DNA of 64,000 bases, taken from the NCBI GenBank assembly GCA_010909165.1, contig VJWM01000025.1, forward strand, positions 1,984,001 through 2,048,000, written 5' to 3'. Shown piece after piece: positions 26,388 through 38,644 of this stretch; within the stretch, counting starts at the first letter, position 1, and every line of letters begins with the position of its first letter. A program made the position numbers and the translations under genes. This stretch comes from Anthoceros angustus (lineage: Eukaryota; Plantae; Anthocerotophyta). The notes beneath the pieces are model-generated. The model saw only the letters and a program-made list of their open reading frames with translations. It was not told the origin of the DNA and did no database searches.

Positions 26388-26400
26388 TGGTATCAGAGCC
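26388..26400 (+). mobile_element. LTR-retrotransposon primer-binding site (tRNA-iMet), followed by a degenerate gag-like region to about 26914
   Basis: TGGTATCAGAGCC. Confidence 0.7.
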
Positions 26401-27739
26401 TTGATTCATCTGAGGGCGTTTTTTGAGGATCGGATCATGGGATCGGTGAGTGCGTGCATTGTACCGGAGTGAATTTTCCGGCAAAATGCCTAGAGGGAAA
26501 CTCAGTGGAGCATTTGCCCTGCAACACACCGCGTAGGCCAAATTGCTTCCACGCAGTCCCCTCATTTGTCTAGAGTGCCGATTAGAAGAGCGTAGGAAGT
26601 GCCTAATCCCGCCACCGCACCGGGTTGATAAAGTCGTTACTTTTCTCAACTCAGAGCGTCTTTCTGGTGGAATTGCTGCGATAGCAAAGAAGTTTCTCAC
26701 AGCGCAGAAGGCAGTACCATTTACGGTGGGCGAGACAGGAGAGAGCGAGGCGGTTCTTCGACAACAACTTGCTTCACTCGAGAAGCTTGTGCAGAAACAG
26801 GCGGACTTCATCAAACAATTATCAGGAAGCATAATGATCCTGGATTGCATCTGTGACGACTTTGAGAAAACTGATCTTTGCCTTGCATCAGGCAGTGGGA
26901 GTCGTCCTAACTGATTCTTGCTAATCCACCAAATTTACAACTTTGCTTACATTTTACAATGTCGCTATACTTCACAATGCAATCTACTACATGGCAGCCA
27001 CATCATCGATCCCCAATTACAAATGAACTATAATAATATTTTTAAAATTAATACTAATAATAAAGACTTTTGAAGAAATAAAGATCAAATATCAAATTTT
27101 GAGAAAAAGATTTTACAACGTAATTGCTTTGTACCAGGACATTATCGATAAGCATGTACTACGGAGAATTCAAAGCAATATCAGATGTTGCTTTAAGACC
27201 ACTCCAGCTGGAAGTGGGCCAATAGAGCAGTGATCTCCGGCTAGTAGTGGATCGTGGGCTAGGGGTGCACCGGTCGATCGGCACACTCCTGCTACAAGTG
27301 CGTGTGTCGACTGCCGCACCCCTAGTGGGAGTGGATCTTTCAGTGGGTGCGCCGGGCGACCGAACAGTTTAACCTTGTGCAAATCCTCGGTACTCAAAAT
27401 GATGATACAAGATAAAAAGTGTCATTATGTCAGAGTATAATGTCTAATTTTTTGCAGACCAGAGCCATAGATTTGAAAATCGGGAAAATAATGTCAAGTG
27501 AAAATAGATATCCCGGCCATTTCTATAATCACGTCAAGTGCACTCAAGACGAAATGAGTTCAAAGACGTGATTATAGACATTGAATAGAAGACGCTCGAT
27601 TTGTTCAATACACGCAAAAATGTACATGTTTTTCTCTAACAGGCTTTTCTTCGGATACGGTGATGGTAAACTCTATTGACATATGCCTAGCAGCTTGTTT
27701 CATCGGAATCCGCCGATTTTGCTCAATAACCAATGCAGT

Positions 27740-28370
27740 TGCCCTTCAGCATCTTTCCTCTCAGTCTACAGCAACTTGGAAGTGGCAGGACGTCATTCTT
27801 TTTCATCAGAACAAATTGTTCCAACATTCCACATATCCAAAAAGCCTTACTACATGAGTCCCATAATCCTCCTTCTGCAGCCCATGTAGGACGCACCAAG
27901 ACCCTCCAACTCCTACAACGTCATTGTTATTAGCCCCGCATGGCTGCTGATGTCTACAACCATGTCACCTTTTGTGACACTTGCCAGCAAACCAAGGTTT
28001 TGACTCAGTCCCCAACTAGCCTCCTAATGCAACCCATCCCTATCCCTGCCCTACCCTACCCTAGCAACGCATGGGCCTAAATTTTATTACAGGTTTGCCA
28101 ACTATACCCAGGGGCCCAATGCCATTCTGTTGTTTGTTGACAGGCTCACCAAGATGGTTCACCTAGCTTCCACCACCGACACCTGCACAGCCACGGACAT
28201 ATCTCAATCATGTGTACCACCTTCACGGCTTACCTCAAACCCTTATCTTTGACCGTGACCTTAGCTTTCTCAGCCATGTCTGGACAGAATTGCACCATGC
28301 TTTGGGAACCGCCTTGAACTTCTCCTCCGCTTACCACCCACAATCTGCTGGCTTGGCATAACGTGCGAAT
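27740..28370 (+). mobile_element. Ty3/gypsy integrase pseudogene fragment
   Basis: HHCC motif (ESHN...AHVG...CDTCQ), then FITGLP, VDRLTKMVH, HGLP...DRD, SSAYHPQS. Confidence 0.88.
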
Positions 28371-29571
28371 TTGTCAGTATTAGTTTTCCAAATCAACCGC
28401 TGCAGTAGAGTCTTTCAACCCTAGGAGCATCTCCGCTAACAACTTAATGTCATAGGAGTTAAAAAATTGTTGCTCTTTGCCCCAGGTGCGTCTTGCAAAA
28501 TCTCCACTAATACAGTTCACCATTCATGACTGAAAACTATAGGTTCTGCTTCATGTCTTATAGCTTTTGCCTCTTTTTTTTTCTCTTATTTCAAATAGTC
28601 AGTGTCTCTCTACTTCATATGTACGTATGTGTACTATCTCTGTCCCATGGTGGTCCCTCTACCCTTAGTGGACCCTTGTTGTCGTTGTTGTTGTTCTATT
28701 AAAGCAGTGAGCATACCCGCTTGTTACGAGGATTCAACCCCTAGCAAGCGGATGTGATTGGGGTGATAATAATATATTTTGTTCCATCAAATTTTTCGAG
28801 AAAGACAGGCTTTTTAAAGAAAGAGTATGAGCATATAGAAATCCTAAGCAAGAGAGAACGGCGGCAAAAGGTAGCAAAACTACCCAGCGAAAGGAAGCCT
28901 CTCACTACGGGATGCAACAAAACAACCCGGCACACATAAGAGAAGAGCCAAAGAGCCTGGATCAAATTCAACTTTGATGGGATGGGATTTGAAGCGCAAC
29001 TCTCATTAAGGGCAAGGTCAATGCAACGCAAGAGCAGAGATCAAACCTTGTGCTTTTGGGCAGGAGAGAGAGAGTCCCATCGCGATAGCCTCTGCAAAGA
29101 TGAGCCCCCGCGCCTGCTGTTCGTGAAACCACTGCCACAAGCGAGGGAAACCAATATCTGTGCTTCGAAAGAAGACAACGCCTCCATCATGAACACCTGC
29201 CATTGGCCTTGCCGAGCAAACTTGAAGATTCGAACCTAGTTGAGCTGATAAGTGGCCCAAAAGTGGAGGCTGATCAAAGCCGCATCCTTACGATAATCCT
29301 GCCTCCAAGCCTTAACCAGTAGCTCCTCCAGCCGGCGCAGGACTCTCAGACATACCAAAATGGAATTCTAGCTGTAGCAAGAGAGCACTCACATGTTAGT
29401 GCAACCAGGCGAGGGATCGGTCGTTTGGGGCGGCATCCCCCAGTACTTACCACCAAACTTTGTAAAGCTCCATCCATAATTATTTTGCCAAAATAGTTGG
29501 AGTACGGTGGTGAGCTTCCCCCATCTCGTGGACGGCTTGGGTTTGAGACCCGTCAACAATACGCAATGATA

Positions 29572-29745
29572 ATGATAGATAACATGAACCAATCCCATAT
29601 CAAAATTTTTGGTATCCTCACGATAGATAACATGAACCAATCCCATATGAAAATTTTTGGTATCCTCATTCATGCAACATAACCAATCCCATATGAAAAT
29701 TTTTGGTATCATCATTCATGCGACATAACCGATCCCATATGAAAA
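29572..29745. repeat. Tandem repeat, about 48-50-bp unit, about 3.5 copies
   Basis: aaccaatcccatatgaaaatttttggtatcctca repeated. Confidence 0.85.
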
Positions 29746-29973
29746 GCGGTCAGAGGTAGGAGGGAGGAAAGGGAAAAGAGTGGAGAAAAAATGAAATACG
29801 TGTGTAGCGGCGTGGAACAAATCCTGGGAGGAGAGTTGGGTGGGACATCCAAGTCAGACGTCTGGCGGCCAAACATGCTGAAGATGTTGGGTGGAAGAGG
29901 CGAGCTGTAGCGGGGAGGTGTGCCTGGAGGAATCGTGTTGGGCAGGGCAGGCCAGCACGTAGAGTAGGTGGAA

Positions 29974-31890
29974 ATGGCAGGATTGGCGTTGGCAGGGGGA
30001 GTGCAGGCCTTGGCCTCCTCCTCCCTCCCTTATCCCTCAGGATTGCGACTCCCGCTCTTCGGCGGGCTCAGGCTCCCGGCGGCCTCATGCCACCCGCGAG
30101 CCTACCGCTGCGAGGCCTCCTGCTCCTCGGCCTCCAATGCTGACGATCAAGCCAGCGCCGCAAATGTGAGCAGGCGGCAGCTGGTGGCTGGGGGCTCCTC
30201 CGCCCTCGCAATGTCCCTGGCAGCGGCTCCTCTGCTGGAGGCCAGGGCTGACGACGCCGCGCCCTCCGAGTGGGAGCAGGTCCCGCTCCCTATAGACCGC
30301 GGCGTTGTGCTCCTGGACCTGGCCTTCGTCCCGGACGAGCCCGACCACGGTACCATGCCACGCTGCTTGCTGCTCTGCTCTGGTCCTGTGTTTGGATTGG
30401 GGAAAATGGTTCATGTGGCTGGCTCGGGTTGCATTGCGCAGGATTCCTGCTGGGGACCAGGCAGACTCTGCTGGAGACCAAGGACGGCGGGAAGAGCTGG
30501 GTCCCCCGCAGCATCCCTTCCGCGGAGGACGAGGACTTCAACTACCGGTTCAACTCCATCAGCTTCGCTGGCCGGGAGGGCTGGATCATCGGCAAGCCTG
30601 CAATTCTGCTCCACACATTCAACGGCGGGGAGAGCTGGGAGCGTATTCCATTGAGTGCCAAGCTGCCTGGCAACCCTGTGAGATGACTTAAACGACTCTA
30701 GTCTCTGGTTTGGTTCTGGTGGTTTGGAAGGCTGACTCTGGTGTGGGCAGGTTGTCATCCAAGCGACCACGGAGAAGAGTGCGGAGATGGTGACTGACGA
30801 GGGTGCAATCTACGTGACCTCCAACATGGGGTACAACTGGAAGGCTGCCGTGCAGGAGACGGTGTCTGCCACCTTGAACAGGTTGGATGGAAGAAGAAAA
30901 TGAATGCATGAAGGATGTTTGGTTGTGCACGTGCTGTCGGATTATCATGTTAGCCTCTTGCTTCGTCCAGGACTGTGTCGAGTGGAATCAGTGGTGCGAG
31001 TTACTACACAGGCACGTTCAACACAGTGAATAGGTCGCCCGAGGGAGAGTATGTGGCTGTCTCCAGTCGAGGCAACTTCTACTTGACTTGGGAGCCTGGT
31101 CAGGTTGGTTCACCTACCTTCCTTCTGTATCAGCGTCATGTGAAGCAAGGAAGCAAGGAGGCAGCTGCTCATGGAAAGCATGCATGTGGGTGGGCTGCTG
31201 CAGCCCTACTGGCAACCGCACAACCGTGCTAGTGCACGAAGGATTCAGAACATGGGCTGGCGGGCAGACGGAGGGCTCTGGCTTGTTGTCCGTGGTGGGG
31301 GCCTCTTTCTGAGCAAAGGAGATGGGGTATGTCTGAGTTGTGAGCCGTCTTCTTCTACCCTCCCATGCTGATTAGTGCTGCATTCCCCTTTTCCTGCAAC
31401 CGAACCTGCTCACATGTATGGCCTCCGCATCGCAGCCGAGTGAGGACTTTGAGGAGGCCAAGATTTCAAGTAGAGGCTTTGGCATTCTCGACGTCGGTTA
31501 CAGAAATAAGGTGAGCTTTCTACGAATTACGCATGCGTTTTAGATGACGTCAGGGAATGTGCTGATGGAGTTACTTGCAGGGTGAAGCATGGGCTGCCGG
31601 CGGCAGCGGGACTTTGTTGAGAACCACGGATGGTGGCAAGACATGGACCCGGGACAGAACGGCTGATGACATCGCTGCTAATCTCTATTCCGTCAAGTGA
31701 GTTAGGTCTTCTTGTGCTACTGTTTGTTACCTGCCTCCTCTGCTAGACTCCTGCTGAATGAACCTTGGTGCAGTGTGGTCCCAAGTGTTGAGGATCTTAA
31801 AGGAAGCCGCTCCTTGCTGCTTGCAGATTTCTCCAAGACAAGGGATTCGTTTTCGGCAACGACGGTGTCTTGCTACGATATCTGGGCTAG
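29974..31890 (+). CDS. HCF136: Photosystem II stability/assembly factor HCF136 (Ycf48), multi-exon, with chloroplast transit and Tat signals
   Basis: SRRQL Tat motif; [28 protein letters not shown]; [17 protein letters not shown]; [12 protein letters not shown]; [16 protein letters not shown]; ends [15 protein letters not shown]. Confidence 0.96.
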
Positions 31891-32265
31891 CCCTTTCCTA
31901 TGGGGAAATTCTTGTGATACATCGGTTACTGATGAAAATGAAAGTGAGGTTTGTATTCGACTAAACACATGTCGACCTGACCCATTCAAAATTCACGATC
32001 GGAAGGTATTTGTCCCTATGATCTCATGGCCTGCCATTAAGGGCAAGAGTACGTCTCGTAAGACCGCGTCGTCACGGACAACGAACGTCGTCCGGTTTCG
32101 GACGGAACATCCCCTCTATCCATGCGTAACTTGCCTGATGCTCGCGCCGGGGAGAAGAATTTTATTTAAGTCCACTAAGGACGGATTTTCAGTGGGAAGG
32201 ACTATGGTCATTTAAAGAACAAAGAAGGAATAAATTACCAAACGAAGTGGGCTCTGTGCACAGAG

Positions 32266-32346
32266 GTCAGGATGGCCGAGTTGGTCTAAGGCGCCAGTTT
32301 CAGGTACTGGTCCGAAAGGGCATGGGTTCGAATCCCATTTCTGACA
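32266..32346 (+). tRNA. tRNA-Leu (anticodon CAG), intronless
   Basis: GTCAGGA/TTCTGAC acceptor stem, TGGCCGAGTTGG A box, CCAGT-TTCAGGT-ACTGG anticodon arm, long variable arm, GGTTCGAATCC B box, downstream TTTT. Confidence 0.97.
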
Positions 32347-32447
32347 CAGCTGTTACGGTTTTGCATTCGAACTTGACGCCTATGCCTCCAACCTTCTCCA
32401 CAAATAATAATATTTATGGAAAAAAACTTTGTACTTAAGCATGGTGC

Positions 32448-33728
32448 TGTTAAAGCTGCTCACACTTCAATGGTATTGTTACTAAGTTATACACTCACGT
32501 TCACATGACGGTAGTGTTGTTACTCAGTTACACACTCACATTCACATGACGATTAGTGTTGTTACTTAGTTATGACGATTAGTGTTGTTACTTAGTTACA
32601 CCCTCACCTTCACAGGACGGTTAGTGCCTCGAGACATTCGGATTCGACACACATGCTCTTAGTCACATATGCTGAGTAGCCTGTAACAGAGGCATCTCAA
32701 GCATGTGGGCTTGATGAATGTGATACCTATATGTGAGGATTCAATACAAAAGCACAGGTGCTCACATGCATATGGACTATTCTACATAGGGCACAGCTTC
32801 TCACAATATCATGGGTTATGCTACAGCTGCACATAGCAAGAGACCAAGACAAGCATCAACGTCCTCTACATCAGCTGGCCTTGCACACACAGCTGCACAC
32901 AGCAAGAGACCAAGACAAGCATTAACGTCCTCTACATCAGCTGGCCTTGCACACACAGCTGCACACAGCAAGAGACCAAGACAAGCATCAACGTCCTCTA
33001 CAACAGCTGGCCTTGCACACACAGCTGCACACAGCAAGAAACCAAGACAAGCGTCCGCTCCGATCTGCCGGCCGTCGAGCTCCTGCCCTGGAAGAGCAGG
33101 GGTCCCAAGTCCTGCGCACCTGTAATCACCACCACACGTTAGGGTCCGTCACCAGGACCTGGATCAAGTCTCTCCGGAGTAGTCCGACCGCTCAGTGACT
33201 CGGGACTCTTGTTAACACTGGACACACAAGGGTCTGCAAAGATAACGCGGCATCAACCCCAAAAGAAAGATCGCTTTACTAGAATTGCAATCTCCCTCTT
33301 ATACTACGTCATGAGGGAGCGCTTGTCCACAAGGTCCCCATGGTTTGGTCTACCCCACAAGACATCTTTAATGCGGTGCGACTGGGTTTTCGACCAGGTT
33401 CGTGACAAGCCGAAGACTCAACAACAATGCCATCTTCCTTCTCTTCGATCTTCCTTCCCTTCCGACTACCCCTCACTCATAGGACAGCCACATCCGCAGC
33501 CGCACCCACGTCCTCTACATCAGCTGGCCTTGCACACACAACTGCACACAGCAAGAGACCAAGACAAGCATCAGCGTCCTCTACATTAACTGGCCTTGCA
33601 CACACAACCAAGAGCTATTGCATGATTGCTGAGGGAGCACGTTGGTACTAATCACCATAGTGGTGGCCAGATGGCTGAGACAAGGGACTGAAGGGACAAG
33701 CGCTTGGCTTGCTCCTGTGTGGATTGCA
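32448..33728 (+). mobile_element. Dispersed repeat (LTR-like, starts TGT) with an expanded 66-bp internal tandem array and a nested insertion at about 33052-33507
   Basis: Collinear with 51045-51477, which has only one 66-bp unit and no insertion. Confidence 0.7.
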
Positions 33729-33889
33729 CACCACCCATCACAGCCGCCGCACCAAAAACCCTAAATCGTGTCCTCACCGCAACCTCCTCCACCCCATGCT
33801 CACCGCAATATCAACCCCAACGGTCCATGCTCCAGAGCTACATAGGCCACCACAAAGCAAGCCCTGAACCCTGGGACATGGTCCACTGC

Positions 33890-34137
33890 ACACGGCACCG
33901 CACCGCTCCACACACCGCACTCGCACCGCACACTACACCGTACCGCACACCGCACACCACACACCGTACACCGCACACCCCGCACACCGCACCATACACC
34001 ACACCTAATGCATCGCATCGCACCGCACACCGTACCTAATGCACCGCACCGCACCGCACCGCACCTCACCGCACCGCACCGCATACCCCGCGCACCGCAC
34101 CGCACCGCACGCACCGCACGCACCGCACGCACCGCAT
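33890..34137. repeat. (GCACC)n / (GCACCGCAC)n microsatellite
   Basis: Visible directly. Confidence 0.9.
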
Positions 34138-34659
34138 GTGGTGTGCGTGGCAAAGTGTGAGTGTATGTCAAAAGCGGAATAAAAAAGTCACGTTTAATTG
34201 CCAAAGAATTTTCACAAAGGCCAAGAACCTTGCACGGCCCTAATCGTGGTCATATGAAAACTGGACTCCACATTTATGCACCCACGTGAACGCACACAAA
34301 ATTGTGGACTGCGTGCCATGATGTTTGAGCTGTAGTGAGGCAGGGGAGTGTCTATTTACAAACACCCGTGCATGAACTATCATGGGGTTAAAAGCATCTA
34401 TTGGAATCTTTAAAGTAGAGGTCAGGTTGGGAGGTTTTTTTTTTTTGATTATTTTCAAGAACATGGTATTGAAGGACCAGGCCACCGGAATATATGCTCA
34501 AGGTTGGTGAGTTCATAATATGGCTAAAAATAAAAGTATGAAGTGAAATGTATATCAAAGACTCGTTTTCAGTAGATTCGTCAGACTTGAGTTAAATGAG
34601 CGGGGAGCGCGACGGCCATAGCAGCAAGGAGCTGTGTGTACAATGCCATAAATGCAATC

Positions 34660-35078
34660 CAAAGTAAAGGTAGACTTGTCGCATGTAGTTTTACCCAGAA
34701 GGATGGCTTATATCAAAAGGAAAGCACCTTCAGCCCCGTTGTCAAGCTGACCTCTTTGCGGATCATGCTTTCTATCTCTGCCATCCACAACCTGCATGTG
34801 CATCAAATGGATGTACAAACTACAATTCTGAATGGCATTCTTCGAGAAGAAATCTTTCTACAACAACCGGAGGGCTATATCAAACCTGGTGAAGCCCACA
34901 AAGTATGCAAACTCCACAATACCTTATACGGATAAGAACAACCACCTTGTGGATGGTATGAAAGATTGCAAATCTTTCTCTTAAGCAAGGGTCTCATCAA
35001 GTCTAATGCAGATTCCAGCGTCTTCATAAGAAGATAGGGAAACTCTCATATCATATTAGGAGTTTATGTTGATGACCT
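34660..35078 (+). mobile_element. Ty1/copia reverse transcriptase pseudogene fragment
   Basis: KGRLVA...TFSPVVKLTSLR...HQMDVQT...QPEGY...LYG*...LGVYVDDL. Confidence 0.9.
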
Positions 35079-36336
35079 TTGTTGACGTTTACTTAATGCA
35101 AGGTAGCCAGACTGATCCCAAGGCTACATAAGCTCTTTTGACATAGATGGTTGGTGTGCTAGCCATCCACATGGTAGCTTAGCATTTTACCATTCGAGGC
35201 GATTAGGGCTAGGCGTGTGAACTTAGGGCTAGGTGTGTGAACTTAGGCTAGTTTGTGCCAGGCAGTTCGAGACTTTAGACTTTCTAGGACATGTGATGTG
35301 ACTTGATAGCCATGACCCGTTCGTAGCTATGGCGCAACATGGGCAAAAATTTCACGAAACTGCGGCCTTCCTCCCGGCTAGATCTCGTAGCCTCTCGCAC
35401 ATGTGTCTCACCAGCCTTGTCCATCAATTGTTTTTTTATGTGGGAAGATAATAAACGAGAATGTCTCTCAAGGAAGAAGATACGTTTTTTTCTAGGTATC
35501 CTGTACTTCCCCGACATCTAGTGGCTGTAGGTTTTTTAGAGGTTTTGTATCTCTCTTCGAGCTGTTCTTACTTTGAACGAAGAAGAAGAAAATATATTAT
35601 AATCCACTTAGATAAAATTTTCCTATCGTGGGACTTGGTACTTAACAACTTGTACCATGGTGTGCCCAAGCTACTTGCACTAAGGGCATCCACTCCCTAT
35701 AAACCCTAGACGGTAGTTATGATGGGCTCGCTCCTTTTTGTTAGGTCTCCTCATAGTTGATCTTCACGGGAAACCTCCTCCGACCGTCGGTAAACCCGTG
35801 TATAGCGAGCGACGGACGGAACGTGTCTGGCTTTCCCGTCACGGACCCACATAGACTCGTGGCTTTCCTCGAAATGGGCCTACACCTGAGGAACTATTTG
35901 TATCGATGTTAATTGAGGAAAAGGCGTGATGTGCAGCACAGGCGGTAACATTTAGGTGAAGTCTCCATCGCGCCAGCCACCGACGGAGGCCTGTCACCGG
36001 AGGCTTCCGTCGGATGCTGCCGCCGATGTAGCACCCCAAGCGTAGAGTGCCACGGTCATTACGCGGTGGACGGTAGGCAGTAAGCAGTGATAACCCAAGG
36101 AGAACAACAGTTCAGGCTGCATTTCTTGTTAAAGTACTCGAAGAGAGCAGGCTGGAAAGACTCTCGGCGACGAGTGGAAGCTCCGTTTGGAACGTTGCTC
36201 ACGTGTTCCGTTCATGACGAAAGAACTACAGTAATTCAGTAAATGGGCAGGTCATCGGAGGACGTGGGTCTGTTCACTAATTATGCCAGTGCGGTCCTTC
36301 CGTGATGTCCACACTTCGGCGGCGGAGGGCAGTCTT

Positions 36337-38295
36337 CTACTGGCTTGCGGCTCTCAGCTGCTGGGCAGCAACTTCAGCTGCGAAATCCTTTTCTTGCCTG
36401 CACGGGACGGAAAGCAAGGAGCGTTACTTTCAGTACAGAGATCTACGGAGAAAAAACATAGGGACGATCATAGCAAAGACCTTACCTTGCAATACCTTCA
36501 CCGACAGCCATCCGCAAGAAACGACCGATGGAAACTGGTTTCCCAATTCTATTGGACAAATCGTCCAGGACAGCCTGCTTTCCAAACCGCTTCAGTACGG
36601 ATGTAAGCAAATTGACACAGCTAGTAAGTGCGTCAATAACATTTCGCCTCACCTGAATAGTTTGGGTGTCATTGACAACAAATCTCTGCTCCAAAAGTGC
36701 AACTTCCTCGTAGTACTTTTTCAGACGACCTTCCACCATTTTGTCGATAACAAACTGTGGCTTCCCACTTGTAGCTGCCTGCGACCACATTCCGGAACCA
36801 AACCATCACCAACAAGAAAAAACACGTAAAAAACTTGATCTTTGATAAAGCTCATGCTCACATACCTGTGACTCCAGAATAGTCCGCTCCTGCTGTAGTG
36901 CTGTAGGATCCACATGCTCTCTTGATAAAAACAGGGGCTTTGATGCAACAACATGCATTGCAATAAGGTTTCCAAAGGACTCGAAGTCCTTGAGGTACTC
37001 CTTGTCACAGCCGCCCTCAACCTCAAGGGTGACAAGTCCAGCAATCCTTCCCAAATCTGTTATCAGGCCACAGAGAATTGATAAACTGATAGACATGTCA
37101 GACATTAGAGTTACAAAATAACTGCCACGACCAGCACCAGCAGGGCAGGACTACAGGTTGATACCTTCAAGAGGACTGTCATGCAAATAAATGCCTGCAA
37201 AATGAGGACAGGAGATTCGAACTCCCCGACGGAGCTTAACATTCTCTCCTAAAATGCTGGCAGCCTCAGCCACTGCATCCCTGACAGTGCTTTCTCCACT
37301 CAACTTTGGATGATCCAAAACGACTTGCACAGCCTACACCGAGCATAGCCACTGTCCCCTAAAAGTCGTGAAGAAGTGCCAAGCACATGGAAGTACATCA
37401 CATAAGAAAGACAGTTCACGTCGGAAAATACCTCCAAAGAATTCAGATCAATAACCGCCGCTTGCATCGAATCAGATGCGGAGGCTTCTGCAGAAAGGGC
37501 GGCTTTGGCAACCCTGGAGACCTGCAGTTCAGCACAGAACAGAGCTCTGATAAGTCTAGAAGATACCTTTCCATGATGTGATCTAACGCAGTCAAACTAA
37601 ATCAGCAGTACCCAACAGCTAGCGAATGTGTGCCCTAGTAGGAGAGTTCACCATGCTGATGTGATGAACTCCCAAACCAAAGCCATTAGCTAGTTCGGCT
37701 AGTTAATATCGCACTTTAGATGAACTCGGATGCCATAGGGAGTGAAACACCAAGCCTTCGATATGTGCTTGCAAGAACGCCTAGCAAAATTAAGAAACGC
37801 ACCACGTGCTGAAAAATGTCATTTCTGGCCACAAAATCCGTCTCACTGTTAACCTCCACAATGGCAGTAGCTCCCGCTCCTCTCCCTACGCTCAGAAGGC
37901 CTTCGGCCGCTACCCTGGACGCTTTCTTACTGGCGGCAGCCAGACCCTTCTTCCTCAGCTCCGTGAACGCAGCTTCTGCGGACATGGAAGGCCACAACTT
38001 GTGACCAACCCTAACCTCAGACAACGCATTCCACACACTCACTCCCCCAACCACAACACAACGCACCGGAGTCCCACTGACATTGCAAGAGCGCGGCCTT
38101 CACATCCTTCATTGGCGCCCCCGTCCGCTCCCGCAGCTGCATGATAAGAGATCGCTGGTCCTCTGCTCTCGCCTGTGCACTGAAAAATCGGCCAAGATGC
38201 TGATCTGGGTCCAGCAGTTCCCGAGACCGCAGATGCGACGCTGCTGCGGCCGAGAAACATTGCCACCGCCTGCACGCATTTCTGGCCAAAGCCAT
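36337..38295 (-). CDS. Elongation factor Ts, mitochondrial, multi-exon
   Basis: [17 protein letters not shown]; [22 protein letters not shown]; [12 protein letters not shown]; AMHVVASKP; [20 protein letters not shown]; [10 protein letters not shown]; [10 protein letters not shown]. Confidence 0.95.
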
Positions 38296-38644
38296 GGTCC
38301 GACACGCGCGCAGCTCGCTGACCTTCACATTCCTTCACTGGACGCTTAAACCCTTGAACCCCAGCCCTACCAGGCTGACATCCAACGGCCGTTACGGTAA
38401 CCGTGGTTAACGATGAAAAACCCGCGGTTATTCTCAGCCCCTTACAGGCTGTGTGCTGCCTTCCACACGTTTCATGGTCTCGCGGTGGATTGCAGCTCCG
38501 AATGGCATTGATCCTGTGCGGGAATTCCGCAGGAGCTGGAGGATCGGACTGTTGGCTGCAATTCTGTGCATCTGTGTTGGAGACTGTCTGGTGGGTTGTG
38601 TCTGTTGAGCATTCTGCTGCTGGTGGCGCCAATCAGCTGGAATC

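Noticed and set aside
27258-27324. Imperfect hairpin CTAGGGGTGC...GCACCCCTAG as a miRNA
   Set aside because: The inner stem pairs poorly and matches no miRNA I recognise; it lies among TE fragments
28940-29400. Possible LINE 3'-end remnant on the minus strand
   Set aside because: Only a vague zinc-finger-like trace; too degenerate to support
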